From a virus: 64,000 nt of DNA. Below are positions 8,734-18,409 of this stretch, piece after piece. Every line of letters begins with the position of its first letter. The stretch's first letter is position 1. The DNA lies in the IMG/VR virus record IMGVR_UViG_3300021957_000004; one strand, given 5' to 3'. Both the position numbers and the translations under genes were made by a program. Below the pieces are notes generated by a model. That model made no database searches, was not told where the DNA came from, and was given only the letters and a program-made list of their open reading frames with translations.

Positions 8734-11034
8734 ATGAACGGAACTAATGTAATGGAAATTAAAGTCGCTAAACGAGATGGAACACATCAAACTTTTGATT
8801 TAGATAAAGTACACAAAGTATTGGAATGGGCAGTAGAAGACATAACAGGTGTTTCTATGTCCGAGATAGAAATAAAAGCCAATATCCAATTGTACGATAA
8901 AATCCCAGCTTATGATATACATGAGCTATTAATTAAATCAGCAGCTGAGCTTATCTCAGAACACACCCCAAATTATCAATTTGTAGCAGCAAGGTTAATA
9001 TCCTATAAGCTAAGAAAAGAAGCTTATGGTCAATACAAACCTTTGCCACTTGTTGATATTATAAAACGAAATATTAATTTAGGAGTATATGATAATGCTA
9101 TTCTAAATAGTTATTCAGAAAATGAATTAAACGAATTAGATGCTTATATTAAACACGACCGAGATGATAACTTTACCTATGCAGGTATGGAACAATTTAG
9201 AGGTAAGTACTTAGTCCAAGATAGAAGCACTAAAGACATATATGAAACTCCACAGGTTTTGTATATGATGGTTGCGGCAACTTTGTTTGCTAAATATAAT
9301 GAAGGAAGAATAAAATATGTTAAAGATTATTATGATGCAATATCTCAATTCTATATCTCTTTACCTACGCCGATTATGGCTGGTGTACGTACTCCAACCC
9401 GTCAGTTTTCAAGTTGTGTGCTTATTGAATCTGGCGACAGTCTTGATTCTATCAATGCTACTGCAACTTCCATAGTAAGATATATCTCTAAGAAAGCTGG
9501 TATAGGCATCGGTACGGGCTCCGTACGTGCTGCAGGAGCGCGCGTAGGCGATGGTTCAATAGTTCATACGGGTTTAATTCCATTTTTAAAGTACTTTCAA
9601 TCGGCCGTTAAGTCGTGCTCGCAGGGAGGCGTACGCGGGGGCGCGGCGACCGTGTACCTACCATTATGGCATTATGAGTTTGAAGATCTTGTTGTATTAA
9701 AAAATAACAAAGGTACTGAAGAGAATAGGGTTAGGCATATGGATTATGCTTTCCAATTAAACAAACTAATGTATGAAAGACTTATAACTGGTGGTAATAT
9801 AACATTGTTTGATCCTAATGACGTACCAGGACTATACGATGCATTCTATGAAGACCAAGACAAGTTTAAAGAACTATATGAAAAGTATGAACGTGCATAT
9901 AGTGTAAGAAAGAAAACATTACCTGCTTTAGAAGTATTCCAAGCTTTATTGACAGAAAGAAAAGATACTGGTAGAATATATATTATGAACGTAGATCATG
10001 CGAATGAGCACGGTTCATTTAAACCAGATTTAGCTCCTATCCGTATGAGTAATTTATGTTGTGAAATTGATTTACCAACTAAGCCTTTAGAATATCCAGA
10101 TGATCCAAATGGTGAAATATCTTTGTGTACTCTGTCTGCTATTAATTGGGGATTAATTAATGCACCACATGAATTTAAAAAGTATTGTAATCTAGCAGTT
10201 AGAGCATTAGATGAACTATTAGATTATCAAGACTATCCTATTCAGGCAGCTAAAAAAGGTACTATGAATCGTAGACCTCTAGGTATAGGTATTATTAACC
10301 TTGCTTATTTCTTAGCTAAGCGTGGATTAAAATATGACGAATCTGCATTTGAAGTTGTAGATGAATATGCAGAAGCATGGAGTTATTACTTAATTAAAGC
10401 TTCTTCTAAGCTAGCACGAAAAAAAGGTGCATGTTTATTAAATAATCAAACAAAATACGCGTCTGGAGAGTTGCCAATCGATACATATAAGAGTGCGATA
10501 GATAATTTAACAGAGCATAAAACACGCATGCCATGGGAAGAGCTCAGAACTGATCTCAAAGAAAATGGCATTCGTAATTCGACTCTCATGGCATTAATGC
10601 CCGCAGAAACAAGCGCACAGATTTCTAATAGTACAAATGGTATTGAACCACCAAGAGCTTTAGTATCTTACAAGCAATCTAAGGATGGGGTAATGGCACA
10701 GGTAGTGCCTGGGTATCATCACCTTAAAAACAAGTATGACCTTTTATGGGATCAAAAATCCCCAGATGGTTATTTAAAGATCTGCGCTATTTTACAGAAA
10801 TATATAGATCAAGGTATATCTGTAAACACATCTTATAATCCAGAACATTATGAGGATAATAAGATACCAATGTCTGCTATGATCCAAGATCTAGTGACAG
10901 CTTACAAGTATGGTTTAAAACAACTATACTATTTTAACACACATGACGGCTCAGGCGAAATGAAAGACATTGAATTGCCCGAGCTTGATATTACAATTGA
11001 AGATGACGAGGACTGCGAAAGCTGCAAAATATGA
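8734..11034 (+). CDS. nrdA: Ribonucleotide reductase class Ia alpha subunit
   Basis: N-terminal ATP cone (VAKRDG), FSSCVLI, SCSQGGVRGGA, SNLCCEI, C-terminal CESCKI. Confidence 0.97.
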   Translation: MNGTNVMEIKVAKRDGTHQTFDLDKVHKVLEWAVEDITGVSMSEIEIKANIQLYDKIPAYDIHELLIKSAAELISEHTPNYQFVAARLISYKLRKEAYGQYKPLPLVDIIKRNINLGVYDNAILNSYSENELNELDAYIKHDRDDNFTYAGMEQFRGKYLVQDRSTKDIYETPQVLYMMVAATLFAKYNEGRIKYVKDYYDAISQFYISLPTPIMAGVRTPTRQFSSCVLIESGDSLDSINATATSIVRYISKKAGIGIGTGSVRAAGARVGDGSIVHTGLIPFLKYFQSAVKSCSQGGVRGGAATVYLPLWHYEFEDLVVLKNNKGTEENRVRHMDYAFQLNKLMYERLITGGNITLFDPNDVPGLYDAFYEDQDKFKELYEKYERAYSVRKKTLPALEVFQALLTERKDTGRIYIMNVDHANEHGSFKPDLAPIRMSNLCCEIDLPTKPLEYPDDPNGEISLCTLSAINWGLINAPHEFKKYCNLAVRALDELLDYQDYPIQAAKKGTMNRRPLGIGIINLAYFLAKRGLKYDESAFEVVDEYAEAWSYYLIKASSKLARKKGACLLNNQTKYASGELPIDTYKSAIDNLTEHKTRMPWEELRTDLKENGIRNSTLMALMPAETSAQISNSTNGIEPPRALVSYKQSKDGVMAQVVPGYHHLKNKYDLLWDQKSPDGYLKICAILQKYIDQGISVNTSYNPEHYEDNKIPMSAMIQDLVTAYKYGLKQLYYFNTHDGSGEMKDIELPELDITIEDDEDCESCKI

Positions 11035-12101
11035 TATTAAAGAAAAATAAAAAATCCCATTTAGAAAAGAATATGTTTTTGGATGAAGAAGTAGATATCC
11101 AAAGATTCGATATTTTAAAATATCCAGCACTAGATAAGATTACAGAAAAACAACTAGGATTCTTTTGGAGACCAGAAGAAGTAGATGTGTCAAAAGACAA
11201 AAAAGATTTTAACGGACTAACTTTAAATGAACAACATATTTTCACATCTAATCTCAAAAGGCAAATTTTACTGGACTCTGTACAAGGTCGGGCACCGAAC
11301 CTTGCTTTCCTTCCTATTGCTTCGTTACCCGAGATTGAGAATTGGATTGAAACTTGGAGCTTTTTTGAAACTATTCATAGTCGTAGCTACACCCATATTA
11401 TTAGGAATATCTATCCTAACCCTTCTACTGTTTTTGACGGCATGCTTGATGTAAAAGAAATACTAGAATGTGGAAATGACATAGCACAATACTATGATGA
11501 TCTAATCGATTGTAATAGTTCAGCTACAAATAGAATGCAGCACAAACAAGCTTTATGGATGTGTATGTTATCAGCAAATGCACTAGAAGGAATTAGATTC
11601 TATGTATCCTTCGCGTGCTCGTGGGCGTTCGCGGAACTTAAAAAGATGGAAGGCAATGCTAAGATCATTAAGTTTATCGCAAGAGACGAGAATGTGCATT
11701 TGGCGGCGACCACAACCATAATTAAAAATATGTTAAAAGAAGATCCAGACTTTGTTAAGATACAAAAACAAACAGAAAATGAATCAGTAAATTTATTCGT
11801 AAGAGTTATTGAACAAGAAAAAGAATGGGCTAAGTTCTTATTTAAAAATGGTTCAATGATTGGTTTAAATGAACAAATACTATGTGATTATATAGAGTGG
11901 ATTGGATGTAAACGTATGAGAGCAATAGGATTACCTTGTCCTTATACCGTATCTAAAATGAATCCATTACCATGGACTGAAAAGTGGATTGGCGGTGGTA
12001 ACGTACAAGTTGCTCCACAAGAAACAGAAATAACATCTTATATAACTGGCGGTGTTAAACAAGATGTTGATGATAAAACTTTATCTGGATTAAGCTTATG
12101 A
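11031..12101 (+). CDS. nrdB: Ribonucleotide reductase class Ia beta subunit
   Basis: FFWRPEEVD, ETIHSRSYTH, LEGIRFYVSF, RDENVH, VAPQETEITSY. Confidence 0.97.
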   Translation: MILKKNKKSHLEKNMFLDEEVDIQRFDILKYPALDKITEKQLGFFWRPEEVDVSKDKKDFNGLTLNEQHIFTSNLKRQILLDSVQGRAPNLAFLPIASLPEIENWIETWSFFETIHSRSYTHIIRNIYPNPSTVFDGMLDVKEILECGNDIAQYYDDLIDCNSSATNRMQHKQALWMCMLSANALEGIRFYVSFACSWAFAELKKMEGNAKIIKFIARDENVHLAATTTIIKNMLKEDPDFVKIQKQTENESVNLFVRVIEQEKEWAKFLFKNGSMIGLNEQILCDYIEWIGCKRMRAIGLPCPYTVSKMNPLPWTEKWIGGGNVQVAPQETEITSYITGGVKQDVDDKTLSGLSL

Positions 12102-12316
12102 TGGATAAAATAGTAGAAAAAAGCATGCAGCGAAAAGCTGACCGCCAAAACAAGCTTTTGCAATACGTGAATTTATCACCTAGCGAAAGCTGGATGGAAA
12201 GATTAGAAAACGTTCATCCAATGAAACAAATATTTTGGGCTTCGGTCATACAAGTAAGTGTATTTGGATTTATGTTGGTTTCTTTTAGTTTGATAAATTT
12301 ATATTTAAAAGGATAA
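12098..12316 (+). CDS. Small membrane protein
   Basis: C-terminal hydrophobic helix. Confidence 0.55.
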   Translation: MMDKIVEKSMQRKADRQNKLLQYVNLSPSESWMERLENVHPMKQIFWASVIQVSVFGFMLVSFSLINLYLKG

Positions 12317-12320
12317 TAAT

Positions 12321-12761
12321 ATGAAAGAATTAGGAATGAGTTTAGTAGGATGTTTAGCAATAGGATTATTCTTTGTTGCTAAAGTATATCCAAATCTTGA
12401 GTATACTGGTTATAGCAGTAACCAATCTTGTACTGGTGAATGCTATGAAGAATATGTTAAAGTGAATGGAACATCAGTAGAAATAGAACAAAAAAAGAAA
12501 GCACTAGCTGCGGGTGATCCGTTTAGTTCAATTAAACCTTTATGGGCTGGTTGTGCTGCATGTCATGGAGTAGATGGTGGCGGAGGTGTAGGACCTAAAC
12601 TTGCTGGTCAATCATCAGACTATATAATTAATAGACTTACAGCATACAAGAACAACGAACAGGTAGGACCAATGAGTGCTATGATGTGGGGTCAAGCAGG
12701 TATGCTATCAGATAATGATATAGATACTATAGGAAAATTCATACAGGAGACAATGAAATGA
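12321..12761 (+). CDS. Class I c-type cytochrome (c553/c4-like), membrane anchored
   Basis: CAACH heme motif, GPKLAGQ, distal Met in MSAMM, LSDNDI; N-terminal TM. Confidence 0.88.
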   Translation: MKELGMSLVGCLAIGLFFVAKVYPNLEYTGYSSNQSCTGECYEEYVKVNGTSVEIEQKKKALAAGDPFSSIKPLWAGCAACHGVDGGGGVGPKLAGQSSDYIINRLTAYKNNEQVGPMSAMMWGQAGMLSDNDIDTIGKFIQETMK

Positions 12762-12991
12762 TAGAGATTTATGGAAAAAAACCATGTCCTTTCTGTGATA
12801 GAGCAATACAGCTTTGTGAAAAAGAAAATTTAGAATACACATATAAACTATTGGGCAAAGATTTTAACAGAGAAGAAATGCTAGAAATATTTCCTAATGC
12901 AAGAACCTTTCCTCAGATAAAGATAGAAGGAAAATCAATTGGTGGATATACGGAGCTAGTAGAATGGCACGGAGATCCGCGATATGGATAA
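12758..12991 (+). CDS. nrdC: Glutaredoxin
   Basis: CPFC active site, TFPQI, IGGY. Confidence 0.9.
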   Translation: MIEIYGKKPCPFCDRAIQLCEKENLEYTYKLLGKDFNREEMLEIFPNARTFPQIKIEGKSIGGYTELVEWHGDPRYG

Positions 12992-13133
12992 TATTATAAT
13001 CGATTGTGAATTTTGTTTTATACGTACAGTTATAAAAGTAGAGGATGATCAGGCTATAGCTAAGTACTGCCCGATATGTGGAGAGACTCCAGAGATCGAA
13101 ACCGACGAGGAAGAGCTTTTATTTGATTCATAA
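12984..13133 (+). CDS. Small zinc-ribbon protein (49 aa, not in ORF track)
   Basis: Hand translation MDNIIIDCEFC...YCPICGETPEIETDEEELLFDS; two CxxC; GGAG RBS. Confidence 0.7.
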   Translation: MDNIIIDCEFCFIRTVIKVEDDQAIAKYCPICGETPEIETDEEELLFDS

Positions 13134-13141
13134 ATACTATT

Positions 13142-13564
13142 ATGGATTGGATATATAAAGGCAAAACATTCGTACCACCAGAAGACTTCTCTCCCGAGAA
13201 GATGTATGGATTCATTTATCAGATAAGAAATACTGAGAATGATATGAAGTACATAGGCAAGAAATTCTTTTGGAGTAAGAAAACCCTCCCACCTTTAAAG
13301 GGACAAAAAAGAAAAAGAAGATCAATCGTTGAATCTGATTGGCGTAAGTATTGCGGTTCTTCCAAAAGATTAGTAGAAGATATAGCCGAAGTAGGACTGG
13401 ATAAGTTCCACAGAGAGATACTTTATATTGGTACTATGAAAGGAGAACTAGCCTACATGGAAGCTAAACTCCAGTTTGATCATGAGGTATTACTAAAAGA
13501 TGACTATTATAATGGCATTATTAATATCAGATTGGGATCAAATAGTGTAAATATATTGAAATAA
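13142..13564 (+). CDS. GIY-YIG family nuclease-like protein
   Basis: GFIYQIRNTENDMKYIGKK, Y.GSS, E..LQF, YYN; preceded by late-like CATAAATA at 13129. Confidence 0.75.
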   Translation: MDWIYKGKTFVPPEDFSPEKMYGFIYQIRNTENDMKYIGKKFFWSKKTLPPLKGQKRKRRSIVESDWRKYCGSSKRLVEDIAEVGLDKFHREILYIGTMKGELAYMEAKLQFDHEVLLKDDYYNGIINIRLGSNSVNILK

Positions 13565-13568
13565 AAGG

Positions 13569-13597
13569 TTTACATTGGCTTAAAACTATGGTATAAT
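13569..13597 (+). promoter_or_regulatory. T4-early-type promoter
   Basis: GTTTACA-17-TATAAT with TGG extension. Confidence 0.8.
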
Positions 13598-13603
13598 ACA
13601 TAC

Positions 13604-14029
13604 ATGGTAAAAGATAATATAATACAGTTTCCAACCCCAGAGCAAGTTAGCAAAAAAGAAGCAGAAGAGATTATAAATCAAGCTTCAAATGAATGCAATG
13701 AACTAGCCCAACATCTTTGTCATGTACTAGCAGAAGAGATATTTGCAGCAGACCATTACTTTGAAGATGCGGAATACTTCGATGAGACTTATCAGGAGTC
13801 TCGAGACATATATGTTATAACAAACTTAATTAACGCAATGTTATTAAGACAACTAGAAATACCACACACATTACAAAGATCGCTAGATAAGCTTTACATT
13901 AAGATAAAGCAGTTAGCACAATTACCAGAGCAAGACTTCGAGGTAAGCTTTGACCCTGAGTTCGAGGTAACATTCGAACCAGATTTTGATATAAATGATG
14001 AGGATGATAAGGATGATACAGATACATAA
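13604..14029 (+). CDS. Acidic hypothetical protein
   Basis: DNIIQFP start; acidic tail with short duplication FEVSFDPE/FEVTFEPD. Confidence 0.65.
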   Translation: MVKDNIIQFPTPEQVSKKEAEEIINQASNECNELAQHLCHVLAEEIFAADHYFEDAEYFDETYQESRDIYVITNLINAMLLRQLEIPHTLQRSLDKLYIKIKQLAQLPEQDFEVSFDPEFEVTFEPDFDINDEDDKDDTDT

Positions 14030-15125
14030 GTTACCCACACTTTACAAAAGGGATTCAACAGGAAAAATTAGGGAATGGACTCAGTCATACCAAACAGGTA
14101 TAACTCCAGGCACATTTACTATCTCTGGGGTAAAGAATGGCAAAATGGTTCAGAGCGGATTAAATAGTTCTGAAGCTAAAAACGTAGGTAGATCTAATGC
14201 TACTACAGCAGATGAACAAGCACAGAAAGAAGCCGAAGCCAAATGGCAAATAAACCTAGATGGTGAATATTTCCAAACAATAGATTCAGTAGATACTTAC
14301 GATAAGTTTAAACCTATGTTGGCTCAAGACTATACTAAACGTCCACAAGATTTTGGTTGGTCACAGCCTAAGCTAGATGGTATTAGATGTATTGCTAGAA
14401 AAGATGGATTATATACTAGAGCAGGTAAAGAGATTACAACATGCGATCACATATTCCAAGAACTAAAACCTTTCTTTGAATCACAACCAAATATGATATT
14501 AGATGGTGAACTATATAACCACGAGCTTAAATCAGACTTTAACAAGATTACTTCTTTAGTTAGAAAAGTAAAACCTAGTAGCTTAGAAAAAGAAGAATGC
14601 TATAAACTAGTTCAATATCATGTATATGATGTTTATGATCCATCGTTTAAAGAATGGAACTTCGAACAAAGAATACATTTTGTGCATATTATGATTCCAG
14701 GTAAAACTTGTAAAGCAGTAGAAACAACACAAACTAAAACACAAGATCAACTAGATGCTTTATATTCTGCTTATACTGAACATGGATATGAAGGTCAAAT
14801 GGTTCGTAATAATACACCTTATGAAAACAAAAGGTCTAAGAATCTTCTTAAAAGAAAAGAATTTATCACTGAAGAATTTAACGTATTAGAAGTTATGGAA
14901 GGTGATGGAAATTGGGCAGGTTATGCTAAACACTTTAGATTAGAACTAGGAGATGGAAGAGAATTTAAAAGTGGCGTAAGAGGTAATTTCGATACACTAA
15001 AAGAACTATTAAACAACCCTGACAAACCTACTTGGGTCACTGTTAGATATTTTGAAAAAACACCAGATGGCATTCCCCGCTTTCCGGTTGTAATTGATTG
15101 GGGAAAAGGTAAAAGGATAGATTAA
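13995..15125 (+). CDS. ATP-dependent DNA ligase (start may be 14013)
   Basis: PMLA, QPKLDGIRC (KxDG), LDGELY, YEGQMVR, LLKRK, PRFPV. Confidence 0.93.
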   Translation: MMRMIRMIQIHKLPTLYKRDSTGKIREWTQSYQTGITPGTFTISGVKNGKMVQSGLNSSEAKNVGRSNATTADEQAQKEAEAKWQINLDGEYFQTIDSVDTYDKFKPMLAQDYTKRPQDFGWSQPKLDGIRCIARKDGLYTRAGKEITTCDHIFQELKPFFESQPNMILDGELYNHELKSDFNKITSLVRKVKPSSLEKEECYKLVQYHVYDVYDPSFKEWNFEQRIHFVHIMIPGKTCKAVETTQTKTQDQLDALYSAYTEHGYEGQMVRNNTPYENKRSKNLLKRKEFITEEFNVLEVMEGDGNWAGYAKHFRLELGDGREFKSGVRGNFDTLKELLNNPDKPTWVTVRYFEKTPDGIPRFPVVIDWGKGKRID

Positions 15126-15979
15126 TGATTATAGTAGATTATTCACAGATTGCTCTTAGCAATATAATAGTACAAAAGATAGATGATAAAGACCTAATTA
15201 GGCATATGATTCTAAACTCTCTGCGTATGTACAACAAAAAATATAGAGATGAATACGGCCAAATGGTCTTAGCATGCGATGGTTTTAATACCTGGAGAAA
15301 AGATTTCTTTCCAGAATATAAAGGTGCACGTAAAAAGAATAGAGCTAAATCTGACTTAGATTGGAATAACATCTTTACATCTTTAAATGAAATAAGAGAA
15401 GAGATTAAACAAAACTTCCCATGGAAAGTATTACACCTAGATGGTACTGAAGCAGATGATATTATTGGTACACTAACTAATCAAACCCAAGAGTTTGGTC
15501 AGCATGAACCAGTTATGATTATATCATCGGACAAAGACTTTATACAATTACATAAGTTTAATAATGTAAAACAATTTAGCCCAATACAAAAGAAGTTAGT
15601 TCAAGATCCTCACCCTATTACATATAAGTGGAATCATATCATGCGTGGCGACTCAGGCGATGGTATACCCAACGTCTTATCACCAGATGATACGTTTATG
15701 ACTGAATCACACCAGAATCAATTAAGACAAACTAGAGTCGATGAATGGATAAATAACTTAGATAACCTAAGAGAATTAATGGGGGATGAAATATATCGTA
15801 ACTTCCAAAGGAATCAAACGTTAATTGATTTTGACTTTATTCCAGAAGCTATCCAAAATAACATTATAAATACTTTTAACGAGACAAAACCAGCACCAAG
15901 AATGAAGGTATTGACTTACTTAATAAACAACAGATGCAATCAATTGATTGAATGCGTAGAGGAATTTTACAATGGCTAA
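15125..15979 (+). CDS. rnh: T4-type RNase H / 5'-3' exonuclease
   Basis: IIVDYSQI, WRKDFFPEYK, EADDIIG, SSDKDFIQL, GDSGDGIPN. Confidence 0.93.
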   Translation: MIIVDYSQIALSNIIVQKIDDKDLIRHMILNSLRMYNKKYRDEYGQMVLACDGFNTWRKDFFPEYKGARKKNRAKSDLDWNNIFTSLNEIREEIKQNFPWKVLHLDGTEADDIIGTLTNQTQEFGQHEPVMIISSDKDFIQLHKFNNVKQFSPIQKKLVQDPHPITYKWNHIMRGDSGDGIPNVLSPDDTFMTESHQNQLRQTRVDEWINNLDNLRELMGDEIYRNFQRNQTLIDFDFIPEAIQNNIINTFNETKPAPRMKVLTYLINNRCNQLIECVEEFYNG

Positions 15980-16454
15980 ATTATTAATACCTGAAGTACT
16001 AGAATTAGTATCAAAGGCAAAAACCAAAAAAGAAAAAGTTGAGATATTACAAAAACATAATCATCCAGCTTTAAAAGATATTATAAGGGTCGCATGCGAT
16101 GACGACGTAGTATCTTTATTACCAGAAGGCACCCCGCCTTATCAGAAAGACGATGCACCTATAGGATATAGTGTATCATCTTTATATAAAGTACACAAAC
16201 AATTTAAATACTTTTTTAAAGGACCAATTGGAAATCAAGTAAAGCCAGTCCGTAGAGAAAGTTTATTTATTAATGCATTAGAAAGTATACATCCGATAGA
16301 AGCAGAATTACTTTGTCTAGCAAAAGATAAAAAATCAGACTTAGATCCTAAGTTTTATAATGAAGTTTTCCCAGGGTTAATTGTTAAGGTTCATAAACCG
16401 AAAGCAGTTAAGAAAGCAACAAAAACTAAAAAGGAGAAAAAGCCTATGAAATAA
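15972..16454 (+). CDS. Conserved T4-like hypothetical protein (follows rnh)
   Basis: LLPEGTPPY, RRESLFINALESIHPIEAELL; TATAAATA at 15865. Confidence 0.7.
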   Translation: MAKLLIPEVLELVSKAKTKKEKVEILQKHNHPALKDIIRVACDDDVVSLLPEGTPPYQKDDAPIGYSVSSLYKVHKQFKYFFKGPIGNQVKPVRRESLFINALESIHPIEAELLCLAKDKKSDLDPKFYNEVFPGLIVKVHKPKAVKKATKTKKEKKPMK

Positions 16455-16497
16455 ACTCTTAATTATGTAATTTTAACCGACAACAAAGGGAGATGAT

Positions 16498-16656
16498 ATG
16501 ATTACATCCGAGCGACTTAAGAAAGATCAAAGGGAAGCGTTTCGCTATAAAAGGCGATTAAGGGAGAAAGGGAAAGATGGTAAAGCTTTTAGAATGGGAA
16601 AAAAAGCAATCAATCTAACTCATCACATTCGAGAATTACAAACAATAGGAGGATAG
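16498..16656 (+). CDS. Small basic protein (52 aa, not in ORF track)
   Basis: GGGAG RBS; MITSERLKKDQREAFRYKRRLREK... Confidence 0.55.
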   Translation: MITSERLKKDQREAFRYKRRLREKGKDGKAFRMGKKAINLTHHIRELQTIGG

Positions 16657-16663
16657 ATTATTA

Positions 16664-16695
16664 GGGGAAGCCCTGGTAATCACTAGGGCGAACCC
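16664..16695 (+). other. Intergenic RNA stem-loop with GAA/GAA internal loop
   Basis: GGG-GAA-GCCCTGGT-AATC-ACTAGGGC-GAA-CCC. Confidence 0.6.
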
Positions 16696-16701
16696 ACAAT
16701 T

Positions 16702-16911
16702 ATGATGACAACAAGCACAGAATTACACACCTATCAAAGAGGTGAAAGAAAATCAAAAGTCTTTCGTTCATACGAAGGATTCTACGTAGAATTTTACGTT
16801 GGTGGTAAACTAGTAGAGCGAAGAGCTTTATATGAACACTCAGAAACATATGCAGAAAATGCAGCAGAAAATTTTGTAGACGAGGTGATTACTTTAAATG
16901 AAGGAGAATAA
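16702..16911 (+). CDS. Hypothetical protein
   Basis: HSETYAENAAENFV motif. Confidence 0.6.
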   Translation: MMTTSTELHTYQRGERKSKVFRSYEGFYVEFYVGGKLVERRALYEHSETYAENAAENFVDEVITLNEGE

Positions 16912-17191
16912 ATTTGATCCTAAAGAGCTAGCGAATTCAAAACGAATATTTAAATCAGCAACTCCAAAATATACTCTTGATTGGTATATTAAATGGGTAG
17001 CTTCAGCATTTGTTTTATCAGCTATGTCAATTAGAGGAATAGAAGGATATGCATTTACGGATGTGGTTCTATCTATGATAGGAATATCACTATGGCTTAT
17101 CGTTAGTATTATATGGAACGATAGAGCTCTTATATTACTGAATGGTTTAGGACTAGGTTTACTATTAAGAACTTTTGCACAATCAATTTAG
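16898..17191 (+). CDS. Small multi-pass membrane protein
   Basis: Three hydrophobic segments; WYIKW, WNDRALI. Confidence 0.65.
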   Translation: MKENKFDPKELANSKRIFKSATPKYTLDWYIKWVASAFVLSAMSIRGIEGYAFTDVVLSMIGISLWLIVSIIWNDRALILLNGLGLGLLLRTFAQSI

Positions 17192-17194
17192 GGG

Positions 17195-17223
17195 TTTACA
17201 AACACCTTGAACTGTGGTATAAT
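17195..17223 (+). promoter_or_regulatory. T4-early-type promoter
   Basis: GGGGTTTACA-17-TATAAT with TGTGG extension. Confidence 0.85.
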
Positions 17224-17230
17224 ATACATT

Positions 17231-17551
17231 ATGATTCAAATACTAAGAGAAATAACAGACTGGGGTAACCAGCAAATATCAAATGGCGACTATTATGTTA
17301 ATAGTCATGGATATCTTATTGGCTATATGCCAAGAGGTAAAGCTTACAAAGAGTTTAAAAATCCAATAAAGCAGTTTTCCAAATCAAGACGTAAATTCCA
17401 ACTTATTGGCGAATGGCCAGAAGAATTACCAGATGGAGCAATAACTGTGAAAGGCAGTAAAGGCAATACATACACAATCATCGATAACAAATGCTCTTGC
17501 CCCGGATTTAAATTCAGGGGTCAGTGCAAACACCTGGAGCAAGCAGCATGA
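17231..17551 (+). CDS. SWIM zinc-finger protein
   Basis: GSKGNTYTI...CSCPGFKFRGQCKH; start moved to the ATG after the promoter. Confidence 0.75.
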   Translation: MIQILREITDWGNQQISNGDYYVNSHGYLIGYMPRGKAYKEFKNPIKQFSKSRRKFQLIGEWPEELPDGAITVKGSKGNTYTIIDNKCSCPGFKFRGQCKHLEQAA

Positions 17552-18171
17552 ATATATTCGTATTAAACAATGATCCTATTATTGCAGCACAAGAACAATG
17601 CGACAAACATGTTGTAAAAATGATACTAGAATCCGGTCAAATGCTATCTACAGCACACCGAATGCTAGATGCTACTGAAACACGTGGTCCATCTAAGTCA
17701 GGTAAAACAATGGTCAAGAAATGGATCTTTGAAAATGACGAAAGAGAAGATACACTATACAAAGCAGTTCACATGTATCACCCATGCACAACTTGGACTA
17801 TTGAATCTAAAGATAATTATATCTGGCATTACAAACACTTTGTTGCCTTATGCGAAGAATATACTTACAGATATGGTAAAGTCCACGTAACAGATACAAG
17901 ACTTAGAAAACCATTAGAAAGATTACCAGACAATATAGAAGATAATGGATTAACACAATTTGCATTAGCAATGAAAGCTTTTCCCGATTGTATTACAGAA
18001 TGTCCAGTAGAATCATATCAGAATTATTACCATACTAAATTAGCTTATATGCCAATGGTATGGTCTAAAAGAAAACAACCAGAATGGTTTAATCCTAAGG
18101 CTTATGAAAAAAGCTTTAATAAAATAGACTGGGTAGGTCAAAATTGGGAGCAAGCAAATGCCAACGTATGA
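17548..18171 (+). CDS. Pyrimidine-dimer DNA glycosylase-like (DenV/Pyr_excise family) protein
   Basis: MNIFVL..DP..AA...CDKHVVKMILESGQMLSTAH, HPCT.W, YTYRYGKVH. Confidence 0.75.
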   Translation: MNIFVLNNDPIIAAQEQCDKHVVKMILESGQMLSTAHRMLDATETRGPSKSGKTMVKKWIFENDEREDTLYKAVHMYHPCTTWTIESKDNYIWHYKHFVALCEEYTYRYGKVHVTDTRLRKPLERLPDNIEDNGLTQFALAMKAFPDCITECPVESYQNYYHTKLAYMPMVWSKRKQPEWFNPKAYEKSFNKIDWVGQNWEQANANV

Positions 18172-18409
18172 TTTTAAAAATTTAGAAACTGGTGAGATAG
18201 AGATAGATAGAATAATGACTATTGCTCAGATGGAAGAATATGTTAAAGATCCTAATATCACACAACTTATCAATCCGCCTAAACATAATCTTATTGGCGG
18301 TAAAGATGGTGCAGTATTGAAACAAGCTGGAGATGGTTGGAAAGAGGTTCAAGATAGAATAAAAAGCGGTATGCCGCCAGCTGATAGAGGTTTAATTAAT
18401 ACGAAATAA
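18158..18409 (+). CDS. FmdB-like small protein
   Basis: MPTYDFKNLETGE start; DGWKEV. Confidence 0.55.
   Translation: MPTYDFKNLETGEIEIDRIMTIAQMEEYVKDPNITQLINPPKHNLIGGKDGAVLKQAGDGWKEVQDRIKSGMPPADRGLINTK

Noticed and set aside
13142-13564. GIY-YIG gene as a mobile homing endonuclease or intron
   Set aside because: Short and free-standing with no separate DNA-binding tail; nrdA and nrdB are uninterrupted
13936-13985. Short direct repeat TTCGAGGTAA x2
   Set aside because: Explained by a small in-frame peptide duplication in an acidic tail
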